A DNA stretch of 64,000 nt from Octopus sinensis (lineage: Eukaryota), in NCBI RefSeq assembly GCF_006345805.1, contig NC_043009.1:54064001-54128000 (forward strand). The letters are read 5' to 3'. This document shows positions 1-12,170 of the stretch, one piece after another. A program made the position numbers and the translations under genes. The notes below the pieces were generated by a model. The model was not told the origin of the DNA. It ran no database searches and saw only the letters and a list, made by a program, of their open reading frames with translations. Position 1 is the first letter of the stretch. Each line of letters begins with the position of its first letter.

Positions 1-30
1 CCTTGTTTCACATTTATGTGTTTACTCCGG

Positions 31-31
31 T

Positions 32-93
<62 letters not shown>
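31..93. repeat. (TA)n microsatellite; (CATA)n follows at ~303-373
   Basis: Directly visible; source of spurious YI/MYVC ORFs. Confidence 0.95.
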
Positions 94-94
<1 letters not shown>

Positions 95-320
95 GTACAT
101 GCATACATACTACCTAAATACCAATCTTGAGAAATTAGGTTTCTCAGCAACAGAAAGAGGGAGATGATTCGAAGCCTACAGATCCAGTCCATCACTAGAA
201 CTGTAAAAATCTGTGAAACTTTCCAAAAGTTTATCATTTAAGTATATATAATCATGCCTAGATACGCAAGTATATGCATGAGAATACATACATAAACTAA
301 AACATACATACATACATACA

Positions 321-354
<34 letters not shown>

Positions 355-1526
355 CATATATACATACATACATACAAATAAATATACCCTGTTGCTGATG
401 TTGAAATCTCAATGAAGGAGCCGTGGATCTACGTAAGAAACCGACTCTCTATTGGCAAGAAATCTTTTTATAAAACTGAACTATGACTTATATACAAAAA
501 TACCCTGTTGATGCTGTTGAAATTCCAATGATGACATATACGATTTTATTGTTATTTCTAGCAGCTCAAATTGCCAGGTGCAGACTTCTCTGATGGTTGT
601 AGAGATCGATAGTATTGTAATTATGTTTAGATAGTAATTTCATCAATCACATGACCAATTAATTCAGCTATTATTAACTGATATTTATTAATTGTTCTTC
701 GCTGCTATAAGTGTGTTCTTTCTATCAACTAAAATCTTTCAATTGTTACGCTATATCATTCTGCGGGGTCAACAAAGCATTATTGGATTTAAATAGAATC
801 AGTCTCCTGGTAAATTAGATGAATATATCAATTCAATTTATCATTTCTTTTGAAATAAGTTTCCATGAAATACAAGAACAGTTTCAAAAGTACAACAGAA
901 ATGTTTATTAATGAATATAATTTTTCGATCGCCAAACTACATTCCTGTAGGTTGGACTGAGTAGAACTTCAATATTTCGAATTAAAGCTATACCAGAACA
1001 ATCCCGTCTCGGTCTAAACATCTATTATATGTTATGTTTGTCGTCAAATATCCACTACACCTTGTCTTATGTTTTACATTTTACTTGTTTCAGATGTTGG
1101 ACATCGACAATGCAGTGGGGCATCCGCCTTCAAAGGCGATCCAGTACTTATTTTTAATTAAGATAGTTATTTTATCGGTATTATTTGAGGGATCTTTCAA
1201 TTACGATGACGTAAAGAGGGCAAGTAAGAGGAAGCACTAAGAAACAGAGACACAAGCATCGAAAAACACAAACGCGTACATATAGACATGCATATATACA
1301 TACACTCATGTACATATAAATATATGTTTTTATGAGCTTGATATTATATCTATAATTACTGTTTCCTCTCGAGAGATCTTGAATAACATTTGAGCCTTGA
1401 AATATGATTGAAGAGCTGAGAGCTGATCACATATACTACAGCAATGTCTTATTTCAGCATCAGTATTGGCTCCATCTGCCACGTCTTTTCTTCATATGAC
1501 AGACATTGCATCGAACTAGTCTTAGT

Positions 1527-1571
<45 letters not shown>

Positions 1572-1659
1572 TGATAGATAGATAGATAGATAGTCATAAA
1601 TATACTTATATATATATATATATATTATATATATATATATAATATATATATATATACCA

Positions 1660-2081
1660 TAACAGAGACGTTTTTCATGGCGATACCAGCTCAGAGGCCT
1701 ACGCAAAGTCGCGGAAAGTGTATGAAGAGAAGTGTATGAGTATCACATAAGTGTACGAGTTGTTTCAGACATTTCTAAAATGGCCGAAAAAATGTCGATA
1801 ATGATGAAAGTTCTGAGAGACCCACAACCAGCAGAACTGAAAAAAAACATTGCAGATATGCGTGCTGCTGTGAGGGGAATCATCGAATCACCATCCTTGA
1901 GTTATCAGAGGATGTGCAGATTAATTAAGGTTCAGTTCAGTCCATTATCACAGAAATTTGGGTATGAGACGTGTGTCTGCCAAGTTTGTGCCAAAACTGC
2001 TTTGAGCTGACCAAAATGACACTCGGGCTTCAGTTGCACAAGATCTCCTTGGCTGTATTGAGAACGATGAACACTTTTTTA
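1660..2081 (+). pseudogene. Degraded mariner-family transposase N-terminal fragment
   Basis: Frameshifted translation gives EAYAKSRKVYEEKCMS..VYE..F..GRKNVDNDESSERPTTSRTEKNIADMRAAVRGNHRITILELSEDVQIN*GSVQSIITE..GMRRVSAKFVPKLL..DQ..TRASVAQDLLGCIENDEHF, matching the mariner HTH region and the WVPK/FVPK motif. Confidence 0.85.
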
Positions 2082-2510
2082 AACTTATAAACAAGGGCAA
2101 AAGAAAAAAAAATTCTCTTGCCAAATATGCCGAAACTAGACATATCGTCCATAACCATATAATTCATCACTGAGAGTTTTCAGTTCGAATCGCACGTGTC
2201 TCGAATGGGCTGCAGAATTTCTATTTTGGATATATTTGAGGTACTTAATTGTGCTCATGACTTAGTGTTTGCTTATTCCATGGGTATAGGTAAGTATTTC
2301 ATTTATTTCTTTGCCGCTGACGAAGAGAAGGTTCTTATGAATTAACTATGAAATCGGGTCCGATATGGTAATAACGGAATTATTTAGAAATTTCTGTCGG
2401 CTTTCTTCGAGAGGCGTGCTTATAGTGATGAATTATACGGTTATGGACGATGTGTCTAGTTTCAGCATATTTGGCATTAGAATTTTTTCTTTTGCCCTTA
2501 TTTATAAGTT
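2082..2510. mobile_element. MITE-like element with ~88-bp terminal inverted repeats
   Basis: 2082-2171 (acttataaacaagggcaaaag...aattcatcact) is the near-exact reverse complement of 2424-2510; ~250-bp non-coding interior; truncates the mariner fragment. Confidence 0.75.
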
Positions 2511-2572
2511 GTTTATAAATTTAACCTTTAAAGGTATTTTTTAATATGTTGGCCATTTATATATATATATAT

Positions 2573-2955
2573 ACTAGCAGTATCGCCCGGCGTTGCTCAG
2601 GTTTGTAAGGGAAATAACTATAAAGCATTTTTAGAGAGTTATAGCCAAAAAATAGCAAAAAAATGGAAAAAAATGATGGTAATTTTTTTAAAGTTAAAAA
2701 AGGTGGAGTTGCGTCCCCTAGACAGTTTGCGGTTTGTGTTTCTGATTCTCGACCCCATGTCGAATTTATCGATTTTTTTCAGAACTGGGGGAACTTTTCA
2801 AAATTTTCGCTGCGTTAGTTTTGAATTATGACATTGGGCTATGTGTGTGTCAAGTTTCATCAGAATTGGTTGAAAGCCGTGGTCAGGGTGAGGGTACAAG
2901 CAAACAGACACACAGAAACACGCACAGACAAACTGCCGTTTATATAGAGAGAGAT
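2573..2955 (+). mobile_element. Non-autonomous Helitron/Helentron-like element, copy 1
   Basis: Begins actagcagtatcgcccggcgttgctc, ends tttatatagagagagat, sits in TA-rich sequence with no TSD; termini shared with 23042-23434. Confidence 0.55.
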
Positions 2956-3522
2956 ATATACAACAGGTATCCATACACCTTCTGACTGTCGAGGTATTGG
3001 CTTGTCCAAAGTTCCAGAAAACATTCGCTTAAGGTACCGTCCTATGGGGACAGATCCCAAAACGTCGTGTTAGCCAAGCAAGCTTCTTAAATCTCAGCAA
3101 TGCCTGACACTCTATGATAAACATGAAAGCTATACATCCCCAATTAACAACAGACACACACCCCTACACGCACCATAATCATACACTTAGACACACACAT
3201 ACAGTATTATAATCTTATACGCAACAGAGCGTTAATTTGAAAATCTATGATAAATTGAAAATAATTATACACGCTATATTGTGCATAAATATTTATTAAT
3301 AACATAATTAAGCCACCAAGAAATGCCGGATATGCAAATTAGTCTACCTATTAGTGCTAAGTTCTAATTTCATATGAAGATATAAAGCGGTTCGTTTGAT
3401 ATTTCTTCGTAGGCAGACCGATACGTACTTGTTTTCTGTTGAATGGTCAACAAATTCGTATATAAAACAAAAAATGTATTCAAACTAGCCGAATGTTCCA
3501 CATCGACGGGCTTATCTCTCTC

Positions 3523-3564
<42 letters not shown>

Positions 3565-3796
3565 ACTCTGCCAATACACACACACACATATATATAGTGA
3601 TATATATATTGATGCATAAATGACAAAATAATAGTTGCGTAATATATTCATTGTTCAGATGTTTGTATATGTTTATATATAAAGCCGGTAAAATAAAGGA
3701 CAGGTCAAGCATTGGGGTTGATGGAATTTTCTAATCACTTCCTGTTATAATATTGACTTCTGCATATTATTACACACAGAAAATGCCATATATTAA

Positions 3797-3943
3797 GGCG
3801 GTGAGCTGGCAGAAACTTTAGCACGCCGGGCGAAATGATTAGCAGTATTTCGTCTGTCTTTACGTCTTGAGTTCAAATTCCGCCGAGGTTGACTTTGCCT
3901 TTCATCCTTTCGGGATCGATAAATTAAGTACTAGTTGCGTACT
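3797..3943 (+). mobile_element. tRNA-derived SINE family A, 3'-truncated
   Basis: ggcggtgagctggcagaaac..gagttcaaattccgccgagg with B-box-like GAGTTCAAAT; more than 12 related copies in the window. Confidence 0.85.
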
Positions 3944-4032
3944 TAATGACGAACGTTCTGGGAGACACACAACCAGCAGAACTGAGAAAAACATTGTAGA
4001 TGTACGTGCTGCTATGAGGGGAAATCATCGAA
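3944..4032 (+). pseudogene. Second short mariner transposase fragment
   Basis: Encodes NDERSGRHTTSRTEKNIVDVRAAMRGNHRI; clearly homologous to 1803-1890. Confidence 0.8.
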
Positions 4033-4753
4033 TTATGGTGACGCTGGCCGCATGTGACGGAGTATTTCCTGTTGGAACACGTAGCTATGGTGACGCGCGA
4101 AGAAGGGTGCGATGTGAGGTCTTAGGAAGTTACTGCTGCGGTGTAATGCCATTCCCTCTGTCTGCACCAACATTTTGGAACTCATGGGGCGCAATTCTCT
4201 GATTCAGGCCTATCGCAGCCCAAACCATGCTTTGGCCACCCCACACGTCTCTCTCCATGACACATGCGTCTCTCTAGCATTTACCCCTCCTACGCCACAC
4301 CTTCAATCTGCCATCCGAGGTGGAAACGCAGTACCGGCTCTCGTAAGAGAAGACTATCGACCTCCATTGTTGATGCCGCCAATGTCGTTGCTGTCTGGAT
4401 CATTTTAATCGTACGTGACGTTAATGGGTGGTGAGGACAGGCCCTCGAGCAGGACGAGGGCAACGCAAGTTGTTGGCAGCCAGTCGACGTCCTACCCTGT
4501 CGTCGCTGATGAGTCGCTGTTCAATGCTAATTGTCTCGCAAGCCCTGCTGTGGCCGGTCTGAAGCGATCACGGAGGTATTGCAGGTGGATGAAGCGGTCC
4601 TTCCTGCACGTGGTCACCCGGGGTCACGCGGTCTGCAATGCTGTTGGTGGTGTTGTATTGTTGTTATTTACACTCACATGCCCGAAATAAATCTTCAGAA
4701 TTTACCATATAAAAATGACATTTGAAAATTCGCGTTTCTTTTGCGGTTCAGTG
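4033..4753 (-). mobile_element. Tc1-like transposon fragment (5' TIR plus degraded transposase)
   Basis: Minus strand reads RPRVTTCRKDRFIHLQYLRDRFRPAT..RRLAANNLRCPRPARGPVLT..WRSIVFSYESRYCVSTSDGRLKVWRRRG..WGGQSMVWAAIG..LRPHIAPFFARHHSYVFQQ, with stops and frameshifts; end ta|cactgaaccgcaaaagaaacgc resembles a Tc1 TIR. Confidence 0.85.
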
Positions 4754-5502
4754 TATATTAATTATTAGCGAATTCTGATATTCTAAAGATGAGAAAATAT
4801 GATATGAGGGAAAACTGGCTGCTCTGTCTGTCAAAATAAGAATATTCTGTCAAAATAAGAATATGTAGTAGCTTTTAGTAGAGGTTATACAGTCAGATAA
4901 TTATAAAATCGTAACCCTTCCAACGTGTACTGAACTCACACCGTGTTACGAGCTTCATAAAATATTACCTCTAGTTTCATCACATACAAGAACATGTTAT
5001 TTTACCGGTTCGATTCAAAGCTGACAACTGTCGAAAAACATAGCAATTACTTCACTGGAAATTTAAAACAAACATAGCACATTTCTTTAGTATTAAACTA
5101 ATTTGATTTCGATAGAGAAGTGGTGCAAATATTGTATGTATTGATTTCTGAACGTTTACCCAGGGGAATGGTAAATCTTCTGATAAATAGTTTACGAGCA
5201 AATGATGGCTTACTTTGGAACGAAAGCGTGGAGAGAAAGGGGGATTAAAGGAGTAATGATATTAGGATGATAAATGATTATTTTGTGTACAATGCTACAG
5301 GATAAAATGATCCATTTATGTACACATAAAATGCTGAAACATGCCTACAATCAGAGAAATTAAGCACATTTATAGATACGTATTAACAGGTGAGGGCCAA
5401 CACATATAAACCTATGCATCTATTTCACACGAAATATACAGACTCATGCATGCATTGTTGACACACAAGAAATGAGTGCGAACTGGTGAATAGGAATTCA
5501 CA

Positions 5503-5511
5503 CATATATAC

Positions 5512-5594
<83 letters not shown>

Positions 5595-5675
5595 TATATA
5601 TATATATATATAATGCATATATATACGTGTGTGTGTGTATACACTCGCGCATATATTTGTATGTATATATATTAT

Positions 5676-5758
<83 letters not shown>

Positions 5759-5929
5759 GTGTATGTATATATATATGTGTGTGTGTATGTATATATATAT
5801 ATATATGTGTGTGTGTATGTATATATATATATAATATATATTATATATATATATGATTGTTCTTTCATTCTTTATAAACAGAGAGAGAGAGAAACAAAGA
5901 GATTCTGACCAATGGACAGAGAGAGACAG

Positions 5930-5960
<31 letters not shown>

Positions 5961-5965
5961 CAGAC

Positions 5966-6033
<68 letters not shown>

Positions 6034-6057
6034 GGATAGATAGATAGATAGATAGAC

Positions 6058-6145
<88 letters not shown>
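5503..6145. repeat. Compound (TA)/(TG) and (GATA)n microsatellites
   Basis: Directly visible. Confidence 0.95.
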
Positions 6146-6147
<2 letters not shown>

Positions 6148-6962
6148 ACAGAATCATCCAGACAGTTTATGAAAGAGGAAAATACAGCTTCAAACTAAGC
6201 ACCTCTTGTAAGTTACAGATATACGCACAGTCAATGTCACACTCATAGATACATAGACACCACACGTACGTAAACACAGACAGCGTAAAAGATTTGCTCT
6301 GTATTCCATTATGCTTGTAGATGGTTTTTGTATCATTTATGTATAACAGTTTATCCATTAAACACTATACTTAATCAATATTCATAATACAGAGATTTTT
6401 CTCATAATCATTGAGTTCTCCTGTTATGTTAGATAACGCTCTAATACAGCAATCATTATCAGCTGCCGAGTGAGGGGCTACGAATTAGTGTGGAAACCTC
6501 ATGTGATATGATACAATTTTTGTTTCATCATGTGAAACTTGTATAAGTGCAAATTGAGAGATGAGACTATGGAAAAAACATGTTTCGTGTAACTTGTTCC
6601 ATGATCGTTCGCCACGTATTTGGTTCGGATCATACGTTAAGAACTGTTCTCTTTACAATACGTACAAGGCAAAGTGTCCGTTAAGTCATCAAACGTTGAA
6701 TTCAATATTCTGAAGCAATTGCTTCATATCTATTACCTTTTTCTAGTTTCAGTCGTTGGACTGCAGCGATACAGGAGCACGGCATTGAAGTCCCTTTGTT
6801 TATTTAGTTGCCGAAATCTACATTTTTTGAAATCCTTGTACTTATTCTATCGTTTTATTTCTCCGAAACGTTAGTTTAAGGTGAAGTAAGGAAGTCAGTA
6901 TCGAATGTTAAGCGGTGGAGGAGATAAACATTGAAACAAAGATAGCTCGAAACTGAGCCAGT

Positions 6963-7470
6963 CTCGCGATTTTGTTACCTGCTAGAGGGTGGTAGAGGTT
7001 CGCTCCCCATCCTAACAATATATATTGGATGTAAAGAGTGCAGAGCCACACTGATATCCAGCTGATGGGGAACTGGCCCGGGGTTAAGCCAGTAATAACG
7101 GCCATGTTGATGTGGCGACTGACTTTTACTTCTTAGTATAGTATACTTCTTAGTATAGTATAGTGACTACTCTGATCTCTTCTTGAGATTTTACAACTTG
7201 CTATTTTGCTTCTTGCAAATCAGTGACCGAAAGTAGCTTCGATAACAACATATTGTTGGCTGAATCGGACTCTGGCTATCGCTCTGGCGGACAGGTGCTC
7301 GCGACTGCAGGTGAGCCAAATAGGTCGAAATTAATTAATTCTCGCGATCCTGTTACCTGCTGGACGGTTTGCTCCCCATTCTAACAATATATATATGGCA
7401 CATAAAGGGTGAAGAGTCACACCGATAAGCAGCTGAATGAGAATCTGCCTGGGGTTAAACTAGTAGCAAC
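6963..7470 (+). repeat. Pair of diverged ~135-bp direct repeats (6963-7099, 7341-7470)
   Basis: Both run ctcgcgat..gttacctgct..gctccccat.ctaacaatatat..ggggttaa.c.agta..aac. Confidence 0.7.
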
Positions 7471-7687
7471 ATGGAACAGCTACTTCCATCTGGCGGGACT
7501 GCTTTTTTTCTCGGGATGGGCCTTTGCACCTGAAAAAATACAGTTTTTGAAAGACTTTCTGCATTGTTAGAAGCTTTCTTCCTTTTCTTTTTCATATATG
7601 TGCGTGTGCGTGTGGGTCCTCTTAAAGGATAGCAACATTGGAATGGCCATAAACTGACATATATATATATATGTATATATAGCAAAA

Positions 7688-7727
7688 ACTGTCCGATGAG
7701 CGGCAGCGGGAAACTCAGAGTAACAGG
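7688..7727 (+). ncRNA. Degenerate type I hammerhead ribozyme motif (PLE-like end)
   Basis: acUGU-cCGAUGA-GCggcaGCg-GAAA-CUCaGAG-UA-ACAGg: helix I, helix III ACUC/GAGU and a GUA triplet are present; U4C and helix II are damaged. Followed by AATAAA and (TA)n. Confidence 0.45.
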
Positions 7728-7766
7728 TTCTGTTGAATTTTCTGTTGCTTTAATGCTTTAAATAAA

Positions 7767-7802
<36 letters not shown>

Positions 7803-8554
7803 GCTTATACATATATATATATGCGCTACATTTGTCCCAGAATTAAAATATTATAAGATAACTAGGAAGAAACAATAACGTGAAGACATTTGATAAAAGA
7901 ATAAAATAGCTACGGAATATGACTCTCGAATAGGAAAGTAATTCTGCACGAAATCGAGTTAAGAGTCACCATATTCACATACCTGTATATTTAGTCGTAA
8001 TGGCACATTTTGGAAGTAATGTTTCCGGACTTAAGGTTTACCAAATTCTGTATTGGTATGTTTGAAATAATTTTCTATGACATTAGTGAGTGAACGCTAC
8101 AGTTTTAACGAGCAATATATTGCAATTAAAAGATAGTGGTGACATTATGGTCAATTTTAGTATGTAGTAAGTAATATATAAACGGAACTGTCTTTTGTTA
8201 GCCCTATAACAATACATATAATAAATGCTATTTACAAGATATTGTTCATCCATTAAACAAACGAAGCAAATTACGTCTAAAAACAAATTTTAATGAGCAA
8301 TCTTCAAAGTAATAATAGATAGCGACAGAGAAGCCGGACGTAAATTTGCCTTACAACTAATCGCCGACGCGGATAATTGCTTCCGAAATTCCATAGGCTG
8401 TTCTCTCACTAGTGCTGTATCAACGCTGTATGTCGCTAATATGTCTACCGGTTACTGCTATTTAGATGTTAATTTCGGGTATGTAACAATGTAACATTGA
8501 GTAACAGGAAATCAGGTAGCTCAATTAATTAATATGATAATTCATTAGTTACTC

Positions 8555-8582
8555 AATAATAATAATAATAATAGTAATAATG

Positions 8583-8671
<89 letters not shown>

Positions 8672-8793
8672 AAGAAGAAGAAGAAGAAGATCAGTGTGTG
8701 ACTGGTACTTAATTTATCGACCCTCGAAAGGATGAAAGGCAAAGTTGATCATGGCGGCATTTGGATTCAAAACACGAAGACAGACGAAATACC

Positions 8794-8840
<47 letters not shown>

Positions 8841-8855
8841 TTAAAAATTGTAGTG

Positions 8856-8908
<53 letters not shown>
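8555..8908. repeat. (AAT)n/(AAG)n/(AGT)n arrays around a SINE-A fragment (8690-8793, minus)
   Basis: Directly visible; SINE core gatgaaaggcaaagttgatcatggcggcatttgg. Confidence 0.9.
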
Positions 8909-8909
<1 letters not shown>

Positions 8910-9679
8910 ACGATAACAGTTTCAATTTTTGGCACAAGGCCAGGAATTTTGATAGGAGACAATCGATTTCACCTCTTTCCTGTACTTCATTTTTTTTTTT
9001 TTTTGGTTATCGATATCTTCGAAAGGAAGAAGTTACAGTTGAAGTCGGCAGGACTTGAACCCAGAATGTGATGAACCAGGAGAAATATCACATAGTATTT
9101 TTTTTCCCGACGTTTCACTAAATTTACTGGTACAAAAACTGCGTGCGCAATTTATATTTGGGTTTAGTGTGATGAAAATCACACGTTTTCCCTCTTTCAA
9201 TTTACAATTCATCTCATGGGAATTAACACACCATGCTAATCTTATTATTATCACACGTCAGTTAATACGTCATACTGTATAGTAATAAATAATGATGTTG
9301 CAAGTTTTAGGTGTATACATGACGAGTAAAGGAAAATATATCCGCTGGAAAACCATTCTTGTAATATACAGGAAGAGTGACACTTAACAGAATGGTAATT
9401 CTTTGTAAAAGTGAGAGAGAAATGTGTTACAAGAATCAAGATTGAAGACGTACGTGGTTTTACAATCAAAGATATATACAAGCATAGGTAATAGTCATAT
9501 ATACATCAACAACAAAAAATACATGCATATATATGTATATGTATGCGTGCATTGTTGTGTCTGTGTGTGTATTTGTGTATGTATGTGTGCGTGTGTGTGT
9601 GTGTGTGTGTATGTAAACGCATACTCAAAGCCTTAGCTTGACCGTGTCTTTTCAGTATACACACACACACATATATATA

Positions 9680-9720
<41 letters not shown>

Positions 9721-9721
<1 letters not shown>

Positions 9722-10198
9722 CTCCCCTGTCTTACTCTTTTCCTCTCTTTCTTCCACTTCCTGTTTCCATTTTGACCCATCTCCTCATTCTAATCATGCA
9801 CATCTCTCCCTCCACCATCTATTTAGAAATACTACCAACACATTCTCAAATTTTTCATTCACACCACAAGACATTTTCGAATGAGCAACACAGACTCCAC
9901 GGCTCCATACTTCGAAATCACTAAACATGAACTACTATTGGAACCTACACACTATGTACAGGAAACTATTTTACCGCTTCTATACACCACTTTCCTCGAA
10001 TAATGGTACTGCAACTACAACATCTTTATATATTAAATATTTTATTTCTACTTCCATTCTCTCATTTCCCTCTATATTCCCTGTCTCCTCCTCTTCCATA
10101 ATAATTCTTTATTTCTAACTCAAATACTTACCTCTATTTAACTTGCATCGTCTCTGATGAAAGGATATCCATAATATCCCAGAAATAGCTGTAAGACT
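9721..10198 (+). mobile_element. Penelope-like element 3' end, family A
   Basis: Pyrimidine-rich tail ending in a hammerhead motif then (TA)n; related end at 44050-44290. Confidence 0.55.
10150..10197 (+). ncRNA. Type I hammerhead ribozyme, core intact (family A)
   Basis: GUCU-CUGAUGA-aa-GGAUAU ccaua AUAUCC-ca-GAAA-UAGCUG-UA-AGAC: helix I GUCU/AGAC, 6-bp helix II, near-palindromic helix III, GUA triplet. Confidence 0.7.
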
Positions 10199-10221
10199 AT
10201 ATATATATATATATATATATC

Positions 10222-10430
10222 AAAATGTGACCGCGCGTGTACCGTTGGCGATTTTTTCCCCTCTGTCTTCCCTTCTCTGGATCGTTCCTTCTGTGTTTCC
10301 GACGGAGAGCTCCGCTCGAAATGTCAAACCCTCCTTCTTTCCTTCTTTCCTGAGCGTCCAATAATACTATATTTGTTCCACGTCCTCGCGTTGTTGTGTT
10401 TTTTTGTGCTTTCATGTTTGGATTAACTTT
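10222..10430 (+). mobile_element. Penelope-like terminal repeat, family B, with decayed hammerhead at 10295-10329
   Basis: Closely similar to the reverse complement of 43793-44003; GUUU-cCGACGg-A-GAGC ucc GCUC-GAAA-uG-UC-AAAC; flanked by (TA)n on both sides. Confidence 0.65.
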
Positions 10431-10479
10431 ATATATATATATATATATTAAATGGCGGTGCCCCAGCATGGCTACAGCT

Positions 10480-12170
10480 CGTCAGCTGAAACTAGAATCA
10501 ATCAATATATATATATGTTTGCATATAACTGTCCTGAAAACTCCTCACATCCTTCAGCAGCACCTGTATTTCAATTGTCCAGCAATATCACACGTTGGGT
10601 GTATTTGTCGGCACTTGCTGGAATTTGGACTTATTTCGTTAGTAACTTATTGTTCTTTCCTTCACTTACTGCCGTTCCCCCACTTTGATTGGACATTAAT
10701 AGCCCTACATATTTGGGAATACTGTTACCCCATGTTTGATTTATTCATCTTATTTCATTTTATTTTTGTTTTATTATTTGTTATTTTTCCTTTATTTTAT
10801 TGTACTCTATGTCCACCATCTCCTCCCATACATTGTATGTGTCTGCTTGTTCTTGGTACTATGTTAGTTGGGCTTACCAGGAGATATTTGTAAAAATTGG
10901 ATGTACTATGTAAAACTGTAAGTGTAGCCCGTTGATGGTAATTTTATGTCTACACCCTTTTAGAGTTAATATATTATTAGATTATATTTTTTAGATTATT
11001 AGATTTATTGATAGGATTAATCTAATTTTAGGGTAAAGTAATATAAGCACAGCTTGTTGATTGTAATAGTACTTTTTTGCACCCACTTTGAGCTAATATA
11101 GTTTTAGTTTATAATTTTTGATTATTAGATTTAATTAGTATTTCATTCTAGTCTTAGGGTATTTGTTACAGCTTTTTAAGTACGTTTAGTAAATTGTTTG
11201 AATTAAGGAAACTTTACGCATAGTATTAATTTGCCAGTGGATCCGGTATTAACTGTACCCATATAGTGCCTATATAGTCTTTTAAACTGTTTAAATAGTG
11301 TTAGGAACTATATAACTTTAATAAGTATGTAATGCTTATTAAGCATATTTATTATACTGTGGCAACTTGTGAGATTTATTAATTAATTTAACATGTGATT
11401 TGGTCTTAAATATTAACCTCCTAATTGTAAGTGGCTTTTTATTTGTGCATTGTAGTGTATGTATTTGATGTTTTTTCTTGTGTACCTGTATATATCTATT
11501 TATTACCAAAATTCGCTATCTATGAAGTTAAGCCGAAAATCATTTCTTAGTAGCCTTAATGAATCACTGAATTACCTGTACTAGCTAGTTGCCTCCCCTT
11601 AACTACCACCCAAGGCTTCTTACTCTGACAGTTCCTTCTGGCATGTTATGACGTTTAGCTGCTGAGGAAACCCCACACCACTTATAACATTGTATTCCCC
11701 ACCGGACGCTCTATCTTTTCTTGTTTATTTTTACTGACATCTCCATTGTAACGGTTTTAACTTGTGACTCCGGTTCAAATTGTAATTGTCCAATTGTAGA
11801 GAGCACTGAACATAGACTTGCCCCATTGTGGACAATGGGTGGGATTCTCGGTAATATTTCTGTGAATAAAATTTCTTAAGCACCCTACGATAATGGTTTA
11901 GGTACATTTACTTGAGTTTACTTCGTTAACATAGGCACTGTCCTTTGATAATCATGTTAATATGTTTCCTTATGTATATTTTGACAACTTCTTTCCCTAA
12001 ATTTTAGAACATCTTGGCTCTATTCCCCTTAATAAGAAACTATCCATAAATAAATTGTAGTATTACTTAGACCATTACTATCTAACTCTTTTATCTATGG
12101 ACCTCGTAGCCCTTAATGGTCAATCATATGCTTTTAACATATTGGTCTTCTAGATTACTTTTCTAGGTCA
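10480..12170 (-). pseudogene. Heavily degraded Penelope-like reverse transcriptase region
   Basis: A-rich minus strand with scattered PLE-RT-like peptides in the expected order: PIVHNGASLCSVLSTIGQLQFEP (cf. RPIV), KTVTMEMS (cf. LVTMDVS), IDIYRYTRKNIKYIHYN (cf. DIYRKPT..YLHY); many stops. Confidence 0.5.

Noticed and set aside
405-470. Hammerhead-like caatgaaggagcc...agaaaccg in a repeat end
   Set aside because: No CUGA core, and helix II does not pair in this copy.
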